The position numbers and the translations under genes were made by a program. Shown piece after piece: positions 1-8,994 of a stretch of 64,000 nt of DNA. The notes below the pieces were generated by a model that ran no database searches, was not told the DNA's origin, and was given only the letters and a program-made list of their open reading frames with translations. Position 1 is the first letter of the stretch. Every line of letters begins with the position of its first letter. This DNA comes from a virus, in the IMG/VR virus record IMGVR_UViG_3300020419_001178, positions 1-64,000 of that record. One strand, given 5' to 3'.

Positions 1-789
1 GCTGACATCACAGGTGAAATAGGCTTTGATGAAAATGCTCAGGTCGTCGACGATGTACTTCACGGCGATGATCCAGAATATTTCGATCCGCAAGAAGCAA
101 CAACAGAGGCTGATATGCAACGTGGTTTGGGAAGTTTAGATAAATTTAGAGAATTATATAGAAAAGGTATTGGTTCAGATGATGATGAAGTAGTTTTACG
201 CGAATTAATAGAAGAAATTAATGATGATGCTTTACAAGATGATTTTCCAAAACTTAAATCTTTTATAAGTGCATCAGAGTATGACGACTCCGATATAGTG
301 GTAGCAAAAGATGTACCTGGAAATAGTGCTGATGAAAAAATTATGTCACTTATAAAAGCAATTGGTGATGATTCATGGGTAGAAGGTTTTGCTCAAAGGT
401 TAACAAAAGATTTTAGCATGAGTGATAACGAAGAACTTGATAGAATTAAAGAACTTGCTGGAGCAAGTATTGACGAAACCTACGACGGTAATGGCTTTGA
501 TGAAGCATATGGTGACATGTGGTATAACGAAGATGAAGACCTAGACGAAGCTGAGTATCAAGGACGTAAAGTTAAACTTGGTAAACCTATGCGAGGAGAT
601 GTCAAAAAATTTAAAGTTTATGTAAAAGACCCAAAAACAAAGAATGTTAAAAAAGTAAACTTTGGTGACCCTGATATGAAAATTAAAAAATCAAATCCAG
701 CACGTAGAAGAAGTTTTCGTGCTAGACACAACTGTGACAATCCAGGACCTAGAACGAAGGCACGTTATTGGTCATGTAGGAAATGGTAA
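1..789 (+). CDS. 5'-truncated modular phage protein (putative internal head protein) with C-terminal basic Cys/His/Trp module seen in marine T4-like phages
   Basis: Frame 1 is open from base 1, so the true start lies upstream. An acidic N-part is followed by the module EAEYQGRKVKLGKP...KKVNFG...RRRSFRARHNC...ARYWSCRKW after LDE. Confidence 0.75.
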   Translation, partial: ADITGEIGFDENAQVVDDVLHGDDPEYFDPQEATTEADMQRGLGSLDKFRELYRKGIGSDDDEVVLRELIEEINDDALQDDFPKLKSFISASEYDDSDIVVAKDVPGNSADEKIMSLIKAIGDDSWVEGFAQRLTKDFSMSDNEELDRIKELAGASIDETYDGNGFDEAYGDMWYNEDEDLDEAEYQGRKVKLGKPMRGDVKKFKVYVKDPKTKNVKKVNFGDPDMKIKKSNPARRRSFRARHNCDNPGPRTKARYWSCRKW

Positions 790-1143
790 ATGAGAATAGA
801 CGAAATACATAATCCGATAGAAGATAAATTGCCATTTGATGTTGTAGATGATGTACATTTCCATCTATTAAATGATGACATGTTTTATAGAAAATATTAT
901 CTTCCTTGTATGGAAAAAATAAGAGCGGAAAAAAATGAAAAAGTGATTCAAGGTCATATGGATCCAATGATCCATAAAGGAATCAATCATTACGTGATCA
1001 AATATAATATTAACAAAACACCTACAGATTTAATGACTCCCGAAGATGTGAAGTCATTGAAGGACAGAGTTTTAGATCACGAAAAAAATCCTCCAAGGGA
1101 GATATCAAGTGCACCTGAGACAATTATTCGAAGCTCAAATTAA
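790..1143 (+). CDS. hypothetical phage protein
   Basis: 117-aa ORF abutting the previous stop (TAAATG); N-terminus MRIDEI. Confidence 0.65.
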   Translation: MRIDEIHNPIEDKLPFDVVDDVHFHLLNDDMFYRKYYLPCMEKIRAEKNEKVIQGHMDPMIHKGINHYVIKYNINKTPTDLMTPEDVKSLKDRVLDHEKNPPREISSAPETIIRSSN

Positions 1144-2053
1144 GACAGCAGTAATTGGTTATGGTAGGATGAATCCTCCTACTATAGGACATGCGGTTTT
1201 AGTCAATGCTATAAATGCAAAAGCAAAACAATATGATGGTGATCCAATGTTGTTTTTAAGCATGACGCAATCTCCTTTTTTGACACCAAAAGGTAAAACA
1301 AACAAACATTTTAAAACAGCAAATATTAAAAATCCATTAGATTGGAAAACAAAACTTGGATATGTTAATAAGTTTTTTGATATTCCTGTTAGCACAGATC
1401 CAAGCCTTAACACCATTATGAGTGTTATGAAATACTTAGAAAACAAAGGCTATGAAAAAGTAGTGCTTGTTTGTGGATCTGATAGAGTCAAAGAATTTGA
1501 AACACAAATATTACCTTACAACAACACACCAGATAAATCAGGAAATATTGCTTACAATATAAAAGAAGTTACTGTTGAACAAGGTGGATTTAGAGACGAA
1601 GAAGCAACCGATGCTAGTGGTATGAGTGCAAGTAAAATGCGTGAAGCGGCCGCACAAGGCGACTTTGAAAGTTTTAAACAAGGTGTTCCAGATCAAAGTG
1701 TAGCACAAAGAATGTTTGATGATGTACGCCGTGGACTTGGCTTCGAACATCAAGACGAAAGTTTAGACGAATACGAAGTAAAGCAACAAAAACCAAAGAT
1801 TGAAGTTTTAAATAATATTGCCGCAAGGAAAGATGGAACAGCTTTTCCTTTAAGTTGGAATGCTGGCAAAGGTGAAATTAAAGTAGGCGGAAAAATGTAC
1901 GTTGACCCTATAACTGCTAACAAGTTTGTGAATTTCTTTGATACAAATAAAGACAAACAAGATGCTATGACACAGGCATTGCGAAGTGCAACTACTACAG
2001 CTAAACTATTTGATGTATTAGGGTTTGATTATACTCTACGAATGGACAAGTAA
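1109..2053 (+). CDS. cytidyltransferase-like (HIGH-superfamily) nucleotidyltransferase with C-terminal extra module
   Basis: GRMNPPTIGH (HxGH-type) motif, VCGSDR and MSASKMR. GTG start preceded by GGGAG. Confidence 0.8.
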   Translation: MHLRQLFEAQIKTAVIGYGRMNPPTIGHAVLVNAINAKAKQYDGDPMLFLSMTQSPFLTPKGKTNKHFKTANIKNPLDWKTKLGYVNKFFDIPVSTDPSLNTIMSVMKYLENKGYEKVVLVCGSDRVKEFETQILPYNNTPDKSGNIAYNIKEVTVEQGGFRDEEATDASGMSASKMREAAAQGDFESFKQGVPDQSVAQRMFDDVRRGLGFEHQDESLDEYEVKQQKPKIEVLNNIAARKDGTAFPLSWNAGKGEIKVGGKMYVDPITANKFVNFFDTNKDKQDAMTQALRSATTTAKLFDVLGFDYTLRMDK

Positions 2054-2265
2054 TGGATATTAAAACTCTTCAGAAACTTGCGGGTATAAATGAATTCAAA
2101 GGATATGAACCAGTCAGTTTAGAAAACCTTAGTCATACAGCAAACGCCCTAAAACAAAAAGAAAAGAAACTTGGTGTAAAGCCTGGTGATCCAGATTGGT
2201 TTAAACTATGGTTTACATTACCATATATGACAGGGCCTGCTCAGTTTAGAGGTAGAAAAAAGTGA
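2053..2265 (+). CDS. small hypothetical phage protein
   Basis: 70-aa ORF coupled to neighbours on both sides; LQKLAGINE N-terminal motif. Confidence 0.7.
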   Translation: MDIKTLQKLAGINEFKGYEPVSLENLSHTANALKQKEKKLGVKPGDPDWFKLWFTLPYMTGPAQFRGRKK

Positions 2266-5200
2266 AATTTGGTCATATAAAAAGTATTGAAAATAAAGTT
2301 CCTAAGCAGGGTAGTTTTAAACACTATCTTAGAAACGAAGAAGCCGCAGGCGTTGGTATTGTAACAAAACAAAACGCAACAGCTGACGTTCCTGTTGGTG
2401 GCGAATACATGAATGTAAAGAAACTTGGCTTAGGTAAAGGCAAGCCAAAAAAGCATCCAAAAAAAGTCCGTGGTTCTAAAACCAATGTGCTATTCAACTT
2501 GGGTATGGCCGAATCAATTGATGAAGTTACAGCCAAAGAACTAGGTAGTGAATCAGAAATATACGTTGATATGGACGGTGTTTTAGCAGACTTCTTTGGT
2601 GCTTGGAAAACATTGGTTGGTACAGACTGGCGAGAAATAAAAGACTTAGATAGTGCTTTACAAAAAATTAGGGACAAGGATGATTTTTGGTTAAACATTC
2701 CTATAACAAAAAACGCTATGAACTTACTTGGTTTAATTAAAGAATTAAAAGGCAAGTATAATATTTTAAGTGCTCCTTTACCAAACGATCCTAATTCAGA
2801 ACCACACAAACGAGAATGGATTAAAAAGAATCTATCTGCTTTTCCTCCTAGCAAAGTTATTATTACATCTAACAAAGCAGTACATGCCACACAACCAGAC
2901 GGTACACCAAACATACTGATTGATGATTTTGGAAAAAATGTAGAAAAATGGGAAGCGGCAGGCGGTGTTGGATTTAAACACAAGGATCACAAGTTTGAAA
3001 GGACTGTAAAAAATTTAAAAGCACATATGAATAACCCTGTAGAAGAAGCAGAGATGAGTAAAAGCTCTATTAAAAGTATACACAAGACAGCTGACAAAAT
3101 TAAAGATAAGCCCAAGGCTAAAAAGTCTATAGGAAACTGGGCAAAAGAAAGAGGAATGGATCCTGAAGGAGCAATTTACGCTATTGCTACAAATATGAAA
3201 AAGCGTAAACAAGGTAAGAAGATTACTGGCTTAGGTAAAGAATCATATAGTAGAGACGAGCTTCCGCAAATCGGAAAAAAACATTTAAAGAATATACCAC
3301 ACAACATGGAAACTATTGACGTAGAAAATTTAGTTCCAATACAAAAAGAAAGATTAAAAGAAAATCATACAGATCAGTTACTAAAAATATTGGAAGGAAG
3401 ATTTAATCCTATAGTAGTAGACTGCTACAATAGAATAGTAAACGGTCATCACAGATATGACATAGTAAAAATGTTAAAAATGGAAAGCATTACAGTTGCT
3501 AAACTTCCATTCACATTAGAATTTTTACTAGAAATAACTAGAAGAGACTTCTTAACAAAAGCAGGAAAAGTTGGAGCAGGACTAGGAGCGGCCGCATTGT
3601 ATTCTGCTTTACCTACGCCAGTAAAAGCAATGACTAAAGATTCAAAACCTAAAATTATTATGCACACGAGCATTGGTCGCGAGTTTGATTTATCTGACCG
3701 TGAAGATCCTGCAAAAGCAATTCTAGATCTGTATGCAAAAATAGAAAAAATATATGCTGATAGAGGAGAAACAATCCCTCAAGTTTGGGTTACACTAGAC
3801 GGCAAACAAGTTTGGGCACCTGCTGGTAGTATTCCTAATGCTAATAAAACTCTTTGGACTAAGGACAAAGCTAAAAAGTCGAATGATAGAGAAGACAAAA
3901 TTAACAAAGCGGCCCGAGACGCATGGGATAATGGAGAGAGATTAAGTACGGAATACAAAATGCATTTGATTAGATTTCGACATAGGTATAAGAAAAGCAC
4001 ACAAGAAAGCGTTGAAGAAGGCAATCTCATAGCAAATCCACAACGATCCGTTTTGGTTAGAAAAAAAGACGGATATGATCATTATAAAATATCAACCAAC
4101 ATGGCAAATATTAAAAACGTATCGCCAGAGGTTGCTAGAAGAAATAAGCCTGATATAATGATACAATTTTATGGTGGAGAAAAAGAAAAAAAATACATGA
4201 TGAAGAATCTTAAAAGATTAGGTTATGATGTACAAGACGCTGACGGTTATCGAGATACACATTTTGACGAGAACATAGAAGGATCTTACATGCTTAGAGT
4301 ACGTGAGAACTTTGCTGATGGTAAGAAAAAAGGTAAAAGCAGACCCGGTCGTGTAAAAAAATCTGGTGCTAGTTGTAAAGGATCAGTCACTAGTTTGAGA
4401 GCAAAAGCTAAAAAAGCATCAGGAGAACGTGCTAAGATGTATCACTGGTGTGCTAACATGAAGGGTGGTAAAAAGAAAACAGAATCTTTATATACTGAAC
4501 AAGAATTTTTACAAATCTTAAATGAAAGTACTCCTCAACAATTACAAGAAGGTATAAAAGATACATTACAGAAACTTCCAAAAAATTTATTATCAAAAGT
4601 AACACCCATAATTAAAAAGATTCCAAAGACTGCAAAAAATTTAACATTAATGGCAGTACTGCTGGGCACTATGGTAAACGCTGTAGCGGCCGGAGACATG
4701 GCAAAGGTAAACACTCCGCTTGATAAACTTAATAACATGACTACAATGAGTACTACAATGGACACAGGTACTGACGTTGGGCCTGGACATACAATGCCCG
4801 ACAATATCAAGGTATTGAAAATGCCAGCACCTCCACCAGCACCAGGCGCAGATACTCCAGATGGCACAGCAGACAATGGTACAAACACACAAACAGATAA
4901 AAACGGTAACCGTACTGTATCAAGTGGAGCAGGTACATATACATTTTCACCAGATGGCAAATTATTAAAGTATGAAACTCCTAAAATAAAAGGTTATCAA
5001 CAAATACATGATCTAGTTAAAAAAACAGTTACAGTTGATGCTAATACATCTGTAACAATGGACAAAGATTATGGTAACTTATCCAAAGCAGATAGAGAAA
5101 TACTAAAAAAGAATGATCCTAATTTTGATAAAAGTACATCCGTAATAGATACAAAAGCAACTTATGACATGAGCGGTAAACTTATAAGCAAAGATCATAC

Positions 5201-5402
5201 TGGTATGAAGTCTGGAGGAATGTCTATAGGTATTGATGGAGATGGTAGTAAAAATATTAAATATAATGCTGGAGGAGGCAAAGTATATAAGGCAAGTACT
5301 GCTGATATGCCAGCCGCAAAGGATACTTTGAAGAAAATGCAGAAAGATTTTAACATAGCAAATAGCCAAACAGGCGCATCGGTTGCTAATAAGAAAGGGT
5401 AA
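2262..5402 (+). CDS. 1046-aa multi-module protein: HAD 5'(3')-deoxyribonucleotidase-like domain, ParB/Srx-like domain, internal Tat-like and Sec-like signal segments, basic modules
   Basis: IYVDMDGVLADF...ILSAP...ILIDD (HAD) and PIVVD..NRIVNGHHRY (ParB-like). Also ITRRDFLTKAG plus hydrophobic stretch plus VKA, and an ENFADGKKKGKSRPGR module. Confidence 0.8.
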   Translation: MKFGHIKSIENKVPKQGSFKHYLRNEEAAGVGIVTKQNATADVPVGGEYMNVKKLGLGKGKPKKHPKKVRGSKTNVLFNLGMAESIDEVTAKELGSESEIYVDMDGVLADFFGAWKTLVGTDWREIKDLDSALQKIRDKDDFWLNIPITKNAMNLLGLIKELKGKYNILSAPLPNDPNSEPHKREWIKKNLSAFPPSKVIITSNKAVHATQPDGTPNILIDDFGKNVEKWEAAGGVGFKHKDHKFERTVKNLKAHMNNPVEEAEMSKSSIKSIHKTADKIKDKPKAKKSIGNWAKERGMDPEGAIYAIATNMKKRKQGKKITGLGKESYSRDELPQIGKKHLKNIPHNMETIDVENLVPIQKERLKENHTDQLLKILEGRFNPIVVDCYNRIVNGHHRYDIVKMLKMESITVAKLPFTLEFLLEITRRDFLTKAGKVGAGLGAAALYSALPTPVKAMTKDSKPKIIMHTSIGREFDLSDREDPAKAILDLYAKIEKIYADRGETIPQVWVTLDGKQVWAPAGSIPNANKTLWTKDKAKKSNDREDKINKAARDAWDNGERLSTEYKMHLIRFRHRYKKSTQESVEEGNLIANPQRSVLVRKKDGYDHYKISTNMANIKNVSPEVARRNKPDIMIQFYGGEKEKKYMMKNLKRLGYDVQDADGYRDTHFDENIEGSYMLRVRENFADGKKKGKSRPGRVKKSGASCKGSVTSLRAKAKKASGERAKMYHWCANMKGGKKKTESLYTEQEFLQILNESTPQQLQEGIKDTLQKLPKNLLSKVTPIIKKIPKTAKNLTLMAVLLGTMVNAVAAGDMAKVNTPLDKLNNMTTMSTTMDTGTDVGPGHTMPDNIKVLKMPAPPPAPGADTPDGTADNGTNTQTDKNGNRTVSSGAGTYTFSPDGKLLKYETPKIKGYQQIHDLVKKTVTVDANTSVTMDKDYGNLSKADREILKKNDPNFDKSTSVIDTKATYDMSGKLISKDHTGMKSGGMSIGIDGDGSKNIKYNAGGGKVYKASTADMPAAKDTLKKMQKDFNIANSQTGASVANKKG

Positions 5403-5405
5403 ATA
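5398..5405 (+). promoter_or_regulatory. T4 late-type promoter box (GGTAAATA)
   Basis: Resembles TATAAATA, contains the TAA stop of the upstream gene, and lies 5 nt before ATG 5411. Confidence 0.5.
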
Positions 5406-5410
5406 GTATT

Positions 5411-5629
5411 ATGCGTATAAGAGAACTAATAACTGAATATACTACTGCTACAACAACACAGGCAGGTAATATTGCATGTTTACCTAATCCAGTAATGGCG
5501 CACGGCCATAGACCTAAGGGAAAAAACGGATTACCGCAGGCTCCTCAAAAGAAAAATAAAGATGGCACAGCTAAAAACGCACTTGACATCAGTAACAATT
5601 TGATGGGTGGCAAAGCCATAAAGAGATAA
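5411..5629 (+). CDS. small hypothetical protein (putative head-packaged)
   Basis: MRIRELITE N-terminus; 72 aa, basic. Confidence 0.7.
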   Translation: MRIRELITEYTTATTTQAGNIACLPNPVMAHGHRPKGKNGLPQAPQKKNKDGTAKNALDISNNLMGGKAIKR

Positions 5630-5632
5630 ATA
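5625..5632 (+). promoter_or_regulatory. T4 late-type promoter box (GATAAATA)
   Basis: Overlaps the stop of the upstream ORF; followed by AAGGA RBS and ATG 5650. Confidence 0.55.
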
Positions 5633-5649
5633 CTTAAAAGGACACGACA

Positions 5650-6669
5650 ATGAGAGAAAAGGACTTAAAAGAAGATTTAGCAACATTAGCTTACAAAGCC
5701 GAAGCTGATCATGAAGTTCAGATGGCTAGAGCTGATCTATACAAACTTGCCAAATATTCTATTAAATTACACGAAATGATGAAGGGTGTAACTGAGCAAG
5801 AAGGCTTAGAAGGTTGGGTCCAATCTAAAATTACTAAAGCGGCAGACTACATAGGGTCTGTATATCATTATCTAGATTATGAAACAAAATTTGATGAAAT
5901 GACCGAAGCTAAAAAGAAAATGGTCAAAGATCCTAAAACGGGTAAAATGGTTCCTAACTATGCTATAGACGGCAAAGGTAAAGACGACCTAACGAAGAAA
6001 AAAGTAAGTGAAAACAAAATTATGGATCCAGAAACTAAAAAAATGGTTCCAGAAAAAGATTACGTCATGAAATATGTAATGGCAAAACATCCGCAAGAAA
6101 CAAAAAAATTATTACAAAGTCAGGATCTAATGGACATATATGATACTGATTTATATATGGCTTTATTTGATTACTTTTCAGAAGATATGCCATATGGTAC
6201 ACAAAAAGGCAGAGATGGTGATCCTGTACAATATATGCAAGACGAATTAGATATGATGGGTATGTTTGATGGACGTGAAGGACCATTTGACATTTACAAC
6301 AAGACGCCTACTATGAAAGTATCACAGCCTGATAAGGATTTAAACACACCTGCTTTTCAAAGAATGAAAGCGGGAGATCCTCGTTACACAGACGATACAA
6401 ACAAAGAACAATATATTGAATCACTAAAAACAAAACTTGAAGATAATTTAAAGTCAAAAAAAAAATCTGAAGGTTCATTAGTACTAGAAGACTTTGTAGG
6501 AAAGTCTATTACTGAGGAACAATTTGACGAAGCGGCAGGGAAAAAAGATGCTTGTTATCACAAAGTTAAATCCAGATACAAAGTTTGGCCAAGTGCTTAT
6601 GCGTCTGGTGCTCTAGTTCAGTGCCGTAAGAAAGGCGCAAAAAACTGGGGTAGTAAAAGTGCATCTTAG
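5650..6669 (+). CDS. modular hypothetical protein (putative internal head protein)
   Basis: Modules DHEVQMARADL...LEGWVQSKITKAADY and KDACYHKVKSRYKVWPSAYASGALVQCRK, separated by E-ending linkers. Confidence 0.75.
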   Translation: MREKDLKEDLATLAYKAEADHEVQMARADLYKLAKYSIKLHEMMKGVTEQEGLEGWVQSKITKAADYIGSVYHYLDYETKFDEMTEAKKKMVKDPKTGKMVPNYAIDGKGKDDLTKKKVSENKIMDPETKKMVPEKDYVMKYVMAKHPQETKKLLQSQDLMDIYDTDLYMALFDYFSEDMPYGTQKGRDGDPVQYMQDELDMMGMFDGREGPFDIYNKTPTMKVSQPDKDLNTPAFQRMKAGDPRYTDDTNKEQYIESLKTKLEDNLKSKKKSEGSLVLEDFVGKSITEEQFDEAAGKKDACYHKVKSRYKVWPSAYASGALVQCRKKGAKNWGSKSAS

Positions 6670-7591
6670 AGAACTCATAAAAATAGTAGAACAGGCGGAT
6701 ACTCCTAGTTACGACAACTGGGATCATGACGAAGCTATATCATATTCACAGTATTTAGAAAAACATTTTGGTTCACCAGATGAATTTACTAATGAACAAG
6801 CTGTTTGGCATAACATAGACGGGTTCAAGAGAGTAGTTTGCCGAGATGAATATATTTTACATAGTTCACCTGCTCCACATTATGACTTTGTATATTCTTA
6901 CATTGACTTAGAAGTTGACGAAGATCTTTCAGACGAGTTAGCAAAATGTTCAGGTAGCATATTAATCGATCATTTGAAAAATGAAGTTGGTGCTAGATGC
7001 GGATCTCTTACAGCAAACGCTGTCACACTTAATTTTTGTTTAGATGTAGTATCAGGTAGAGTAGATCCTGTAAAAGATCAATACGAAGCACGTATTCTTG
7101 CTATGAAAGACATGTTTAAAAAGGGTGAAACATACAATTTAGATTGGTGGCCAGACACAGCAGGCGATGCTGATCCAGAAAATGAATACTATAAGGAACA
7201 TTACGATCTAACAACAGAAGGCACACGTTGTTGGAAAGGTTATAAGAAACATGGCATGAAGACAATGTTTGGTAAACGTGTACCTGACTGTAGAAAAAAT
7301 GAACATGTTGATTATTGTGTGAACTGTGGAGATCTTGTTTTTTCAGAAGACATGGACTTACATGAAGATCTAAAAAAATGGTTCAAACAAAAATGGGTTC
7401 GCTTTGGTCCAGACGGAAAAGTTCGTGGATCTTGCGGAGGAAAAAGTGAAGGTGAAGGAAAGCCAAAGTGTTTACCAGCCAGCAAGGCTTATGCTATGGG
7501 AAAGAAGAAAAGAAAAACTTCAGCATCTCGTAAGCGAAGAAAAGATCCCAATGCAGATAGACGTGGTAAGGCAAAAAACGTAAAAACTTAG
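6659..7591 (+). CDS. modular hypothetical protein (putative internal head protein)
   Basis: GTG start MHLRELIKIVE; modules EGTRCWKGY...VPDC and EDLKKWFKQKWV...KPKCLP. Confidence 0.75.
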   Translation: MHLRELIKIVEQADTPSYDNWDHDEAISYSQYLEKHFGSPDEFTNEQAVWHNIDGFKRVVCRDEYILHSSPAPHYDFVYSYIDLEVDEDLSDELAKCSGSILIDHLKNEVGARCGSLTANAVTLNFCLDVVSGRVDPVKDQYEARILAMKDMFKKGETYNLDWWPDTAGDADPENEYYKEHYDLTTEGTRCWKGYKKHGMKTMFGKRVPDCRKNEHVDYCVNCGDLVFSEDMDLHEDLKKWFKQKWVRFGPDGKVRGSCGGKSEGEGKPKCLPASKAYAMGKKKRKTSASRKRRKDPNADRRGKAKNVKT

Positions 7592-7600
7592 GAGAATACC

Positions 7601-7711
7601 ATGGAAAACTGTAAATGCGAAAAATGTAATCATACATGTCATTGTGATACAGAGTGCAAAGAGTGTGTTAATGATATATGTACTGGTTGTGTATGCCATC
7701 ACTGTAAATAG
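7601..7711 (+). CDS. 36-aa Cys/His-rich metallothionein-like peptide (not in ORF track)
   Basis: AGGAG RBS at 7590-7594. Translates to MENCKCEKCNHTCHCDTECKECVNDICTGCVCHHCK* (11 Cys, 4 His). Confidence 0.75.
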   Translation: MENCKCEKCNHTCHCDTECKECVNDICTGCVCHHCK

Positions 7712-7728
7712 CTCATAAAATAATATCA

Positions 7729-7736
7729 GATAAATA
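7729..7736 (+). promoter_or_regulatory. T4 late-type promoter box (GATAAATA)
   Basis: Intergenic, 8 nt before ATG 7745. Confidence 0.5.
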
Positions 7737-7744
7737 CATTTGAT

Positions 7745-8386
7745 ATGTCATTCTTAGTTCACAACACCCCTATTATACCAGTATTTGTAAAAAAAGAGTA
7801 TCTATATGATCTAGAAAAAGGACATGGAGAACTAACTCCTGGGCTTTGGATCACTGTAAAAAGCACTATGGGTAAGGCTTTGTATTTTGAAACATTACTC
7901 ACAGACTACGGTGCTTTATTTGATAAACTTCCTATATCAGCTTTTGTATGGAAAGAAGATTACGACAAAGATAATCAGCTTCCTTTAGATGTATTACAAA
8001 TATGGGATTGTTTTGACTATGATATTACTGTAACAAAGAAATCTATGCTGAGTAATTGTGAATTCTTTGGCAAAGATAAAAAAATGCATAAAGGCGAATA
8101 TATTTTTACAGTTGATAACGCACACAGAGACAAGAGCTTAATAGACACAAACTTTTCTGAACACGATCCTGAACATAAGTCTTTTAATATAATTAAATTA
8201 GACAACGGACAGTTTGCCGCACAACCTAATAACAGAGTTATTTTCACAGATCAAAGTTTAGTACCTTCAAACAGAAAGCAACCTGACTTTAAGGTTTGTA
8301 CCCAAAACTATACTGTAGAAAACACACCTAAATGGTCAGTAGGACATACCGACGAATGGCAATACAAGACGGAAGACGAAACCTAG
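7745..8386 (+). CDS. conserved hypothetical phage protein
   Basis: 213-aa ORF with normal codon style (LQIWDCF, EHKSFN, GQFAAQPNNR). Confidence 0.75.
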   Translation: MSFLVHNTPIIPVFVKKEYLYDLEKGHGELTPGLWITVKSTMGKALYFETLLTDYGALFDKLPISAFVWKEDYDKDNQLPLDVLQIWDCFDYDITVTKKSMLSNCEFFGKDKKMHKGEYIFTVDNAHRDKSLIDTNFSEHDPEHKSFNIIKLDNGQFAAQPNNRVIFTDQSLVPSNRKQPDFKVCTQNYTVENTPKWSVGHTDEWQYKTEDET

Positions 8387-8994
8387 ACAAGCAATATCCT
8401 GATCATCCTGAGGATATTTTATGGCGAACAATTGATCCAGACGAATTGTGGGTATTAGATAAGCTAATACTTTCAAGAAAGATGGGTTATATTTGTGGAC
8501 CTACGGGAATGGATGTTCCAAAGCCTGATTGGTATATAGTTCGTCCATGTGTAAACGCAATGGGCTTGGGCTTAGGTGCTCAAAAAGTTTGGCTGGAAGA
8601 AGAAACCATGCATCTTCCGTTAGGATATTTTTGGTGTGAATGGTTTGACGGACGTCACTATTCTGTAGATTACAAATGGGGTAATCAAGTATTATGTGTT
8701 GAAGGATTTAAAGCAGAAGATACATTTACACATTGGGATAAATGGCTCAGAATTCACAAACATATTCCTGCTCCTGATGTTGTGTTAAATACTTTTATAA
8801 ACAAAGAAAATTTAAACTGCGAATACATAGGTGACAAATTGATCGAAGTACATTTAAGACAAAATACTGATTTTGATAATAATATTAACGAGTTTATTCC
8901 AGTATGGGAAGGACAAGATACAAAGCCTCCGAAAGGATATAGGTATATTGATTACCCAGATATCCACGGAAGGATTGGCGCCTTTGTAAAATGA
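8356..8994 (+). CDS. hypothetical protein, possible ATP-grasp-like fold
   Basis: DKLILS...YIVRP..N..G.G.G...WCEWF.G.HYSVD...NCEYIG.KLIEVHLR resembles ATP-grasp motifs; start uncertain. Confidence 0.55.
   Translation: MAIQDGRRNLDKQYPDHPEDILWRTIDPDELWVLDKLILSRKMGYICGPTGMDVPKPDWYIVRPCVNAMGLGLGAQKVWLEEETMHLPLGYFWCEWFDGRHYSVDYKWGNQVLCVEGFKAEDTFTHWDKWLRIHKHIPAPDVVLNTFINKENLNCEYIGDKLIEVHLRQNTDFDNNINEFIPVWEGQDTKPPKGYRYIDYPDIHGRIGAFVK

Noticed and set aside
2324-2983. 219-aa minus-strand ORF and the many other antisense or alternate-frame ORFs in the track (e.g. 4535-4960, 24685-25119, 58728-59138)
   Set aside because: They lie wholly within well-supported genes, lack RBS and motifs, and show typical shadow-ORF composition.
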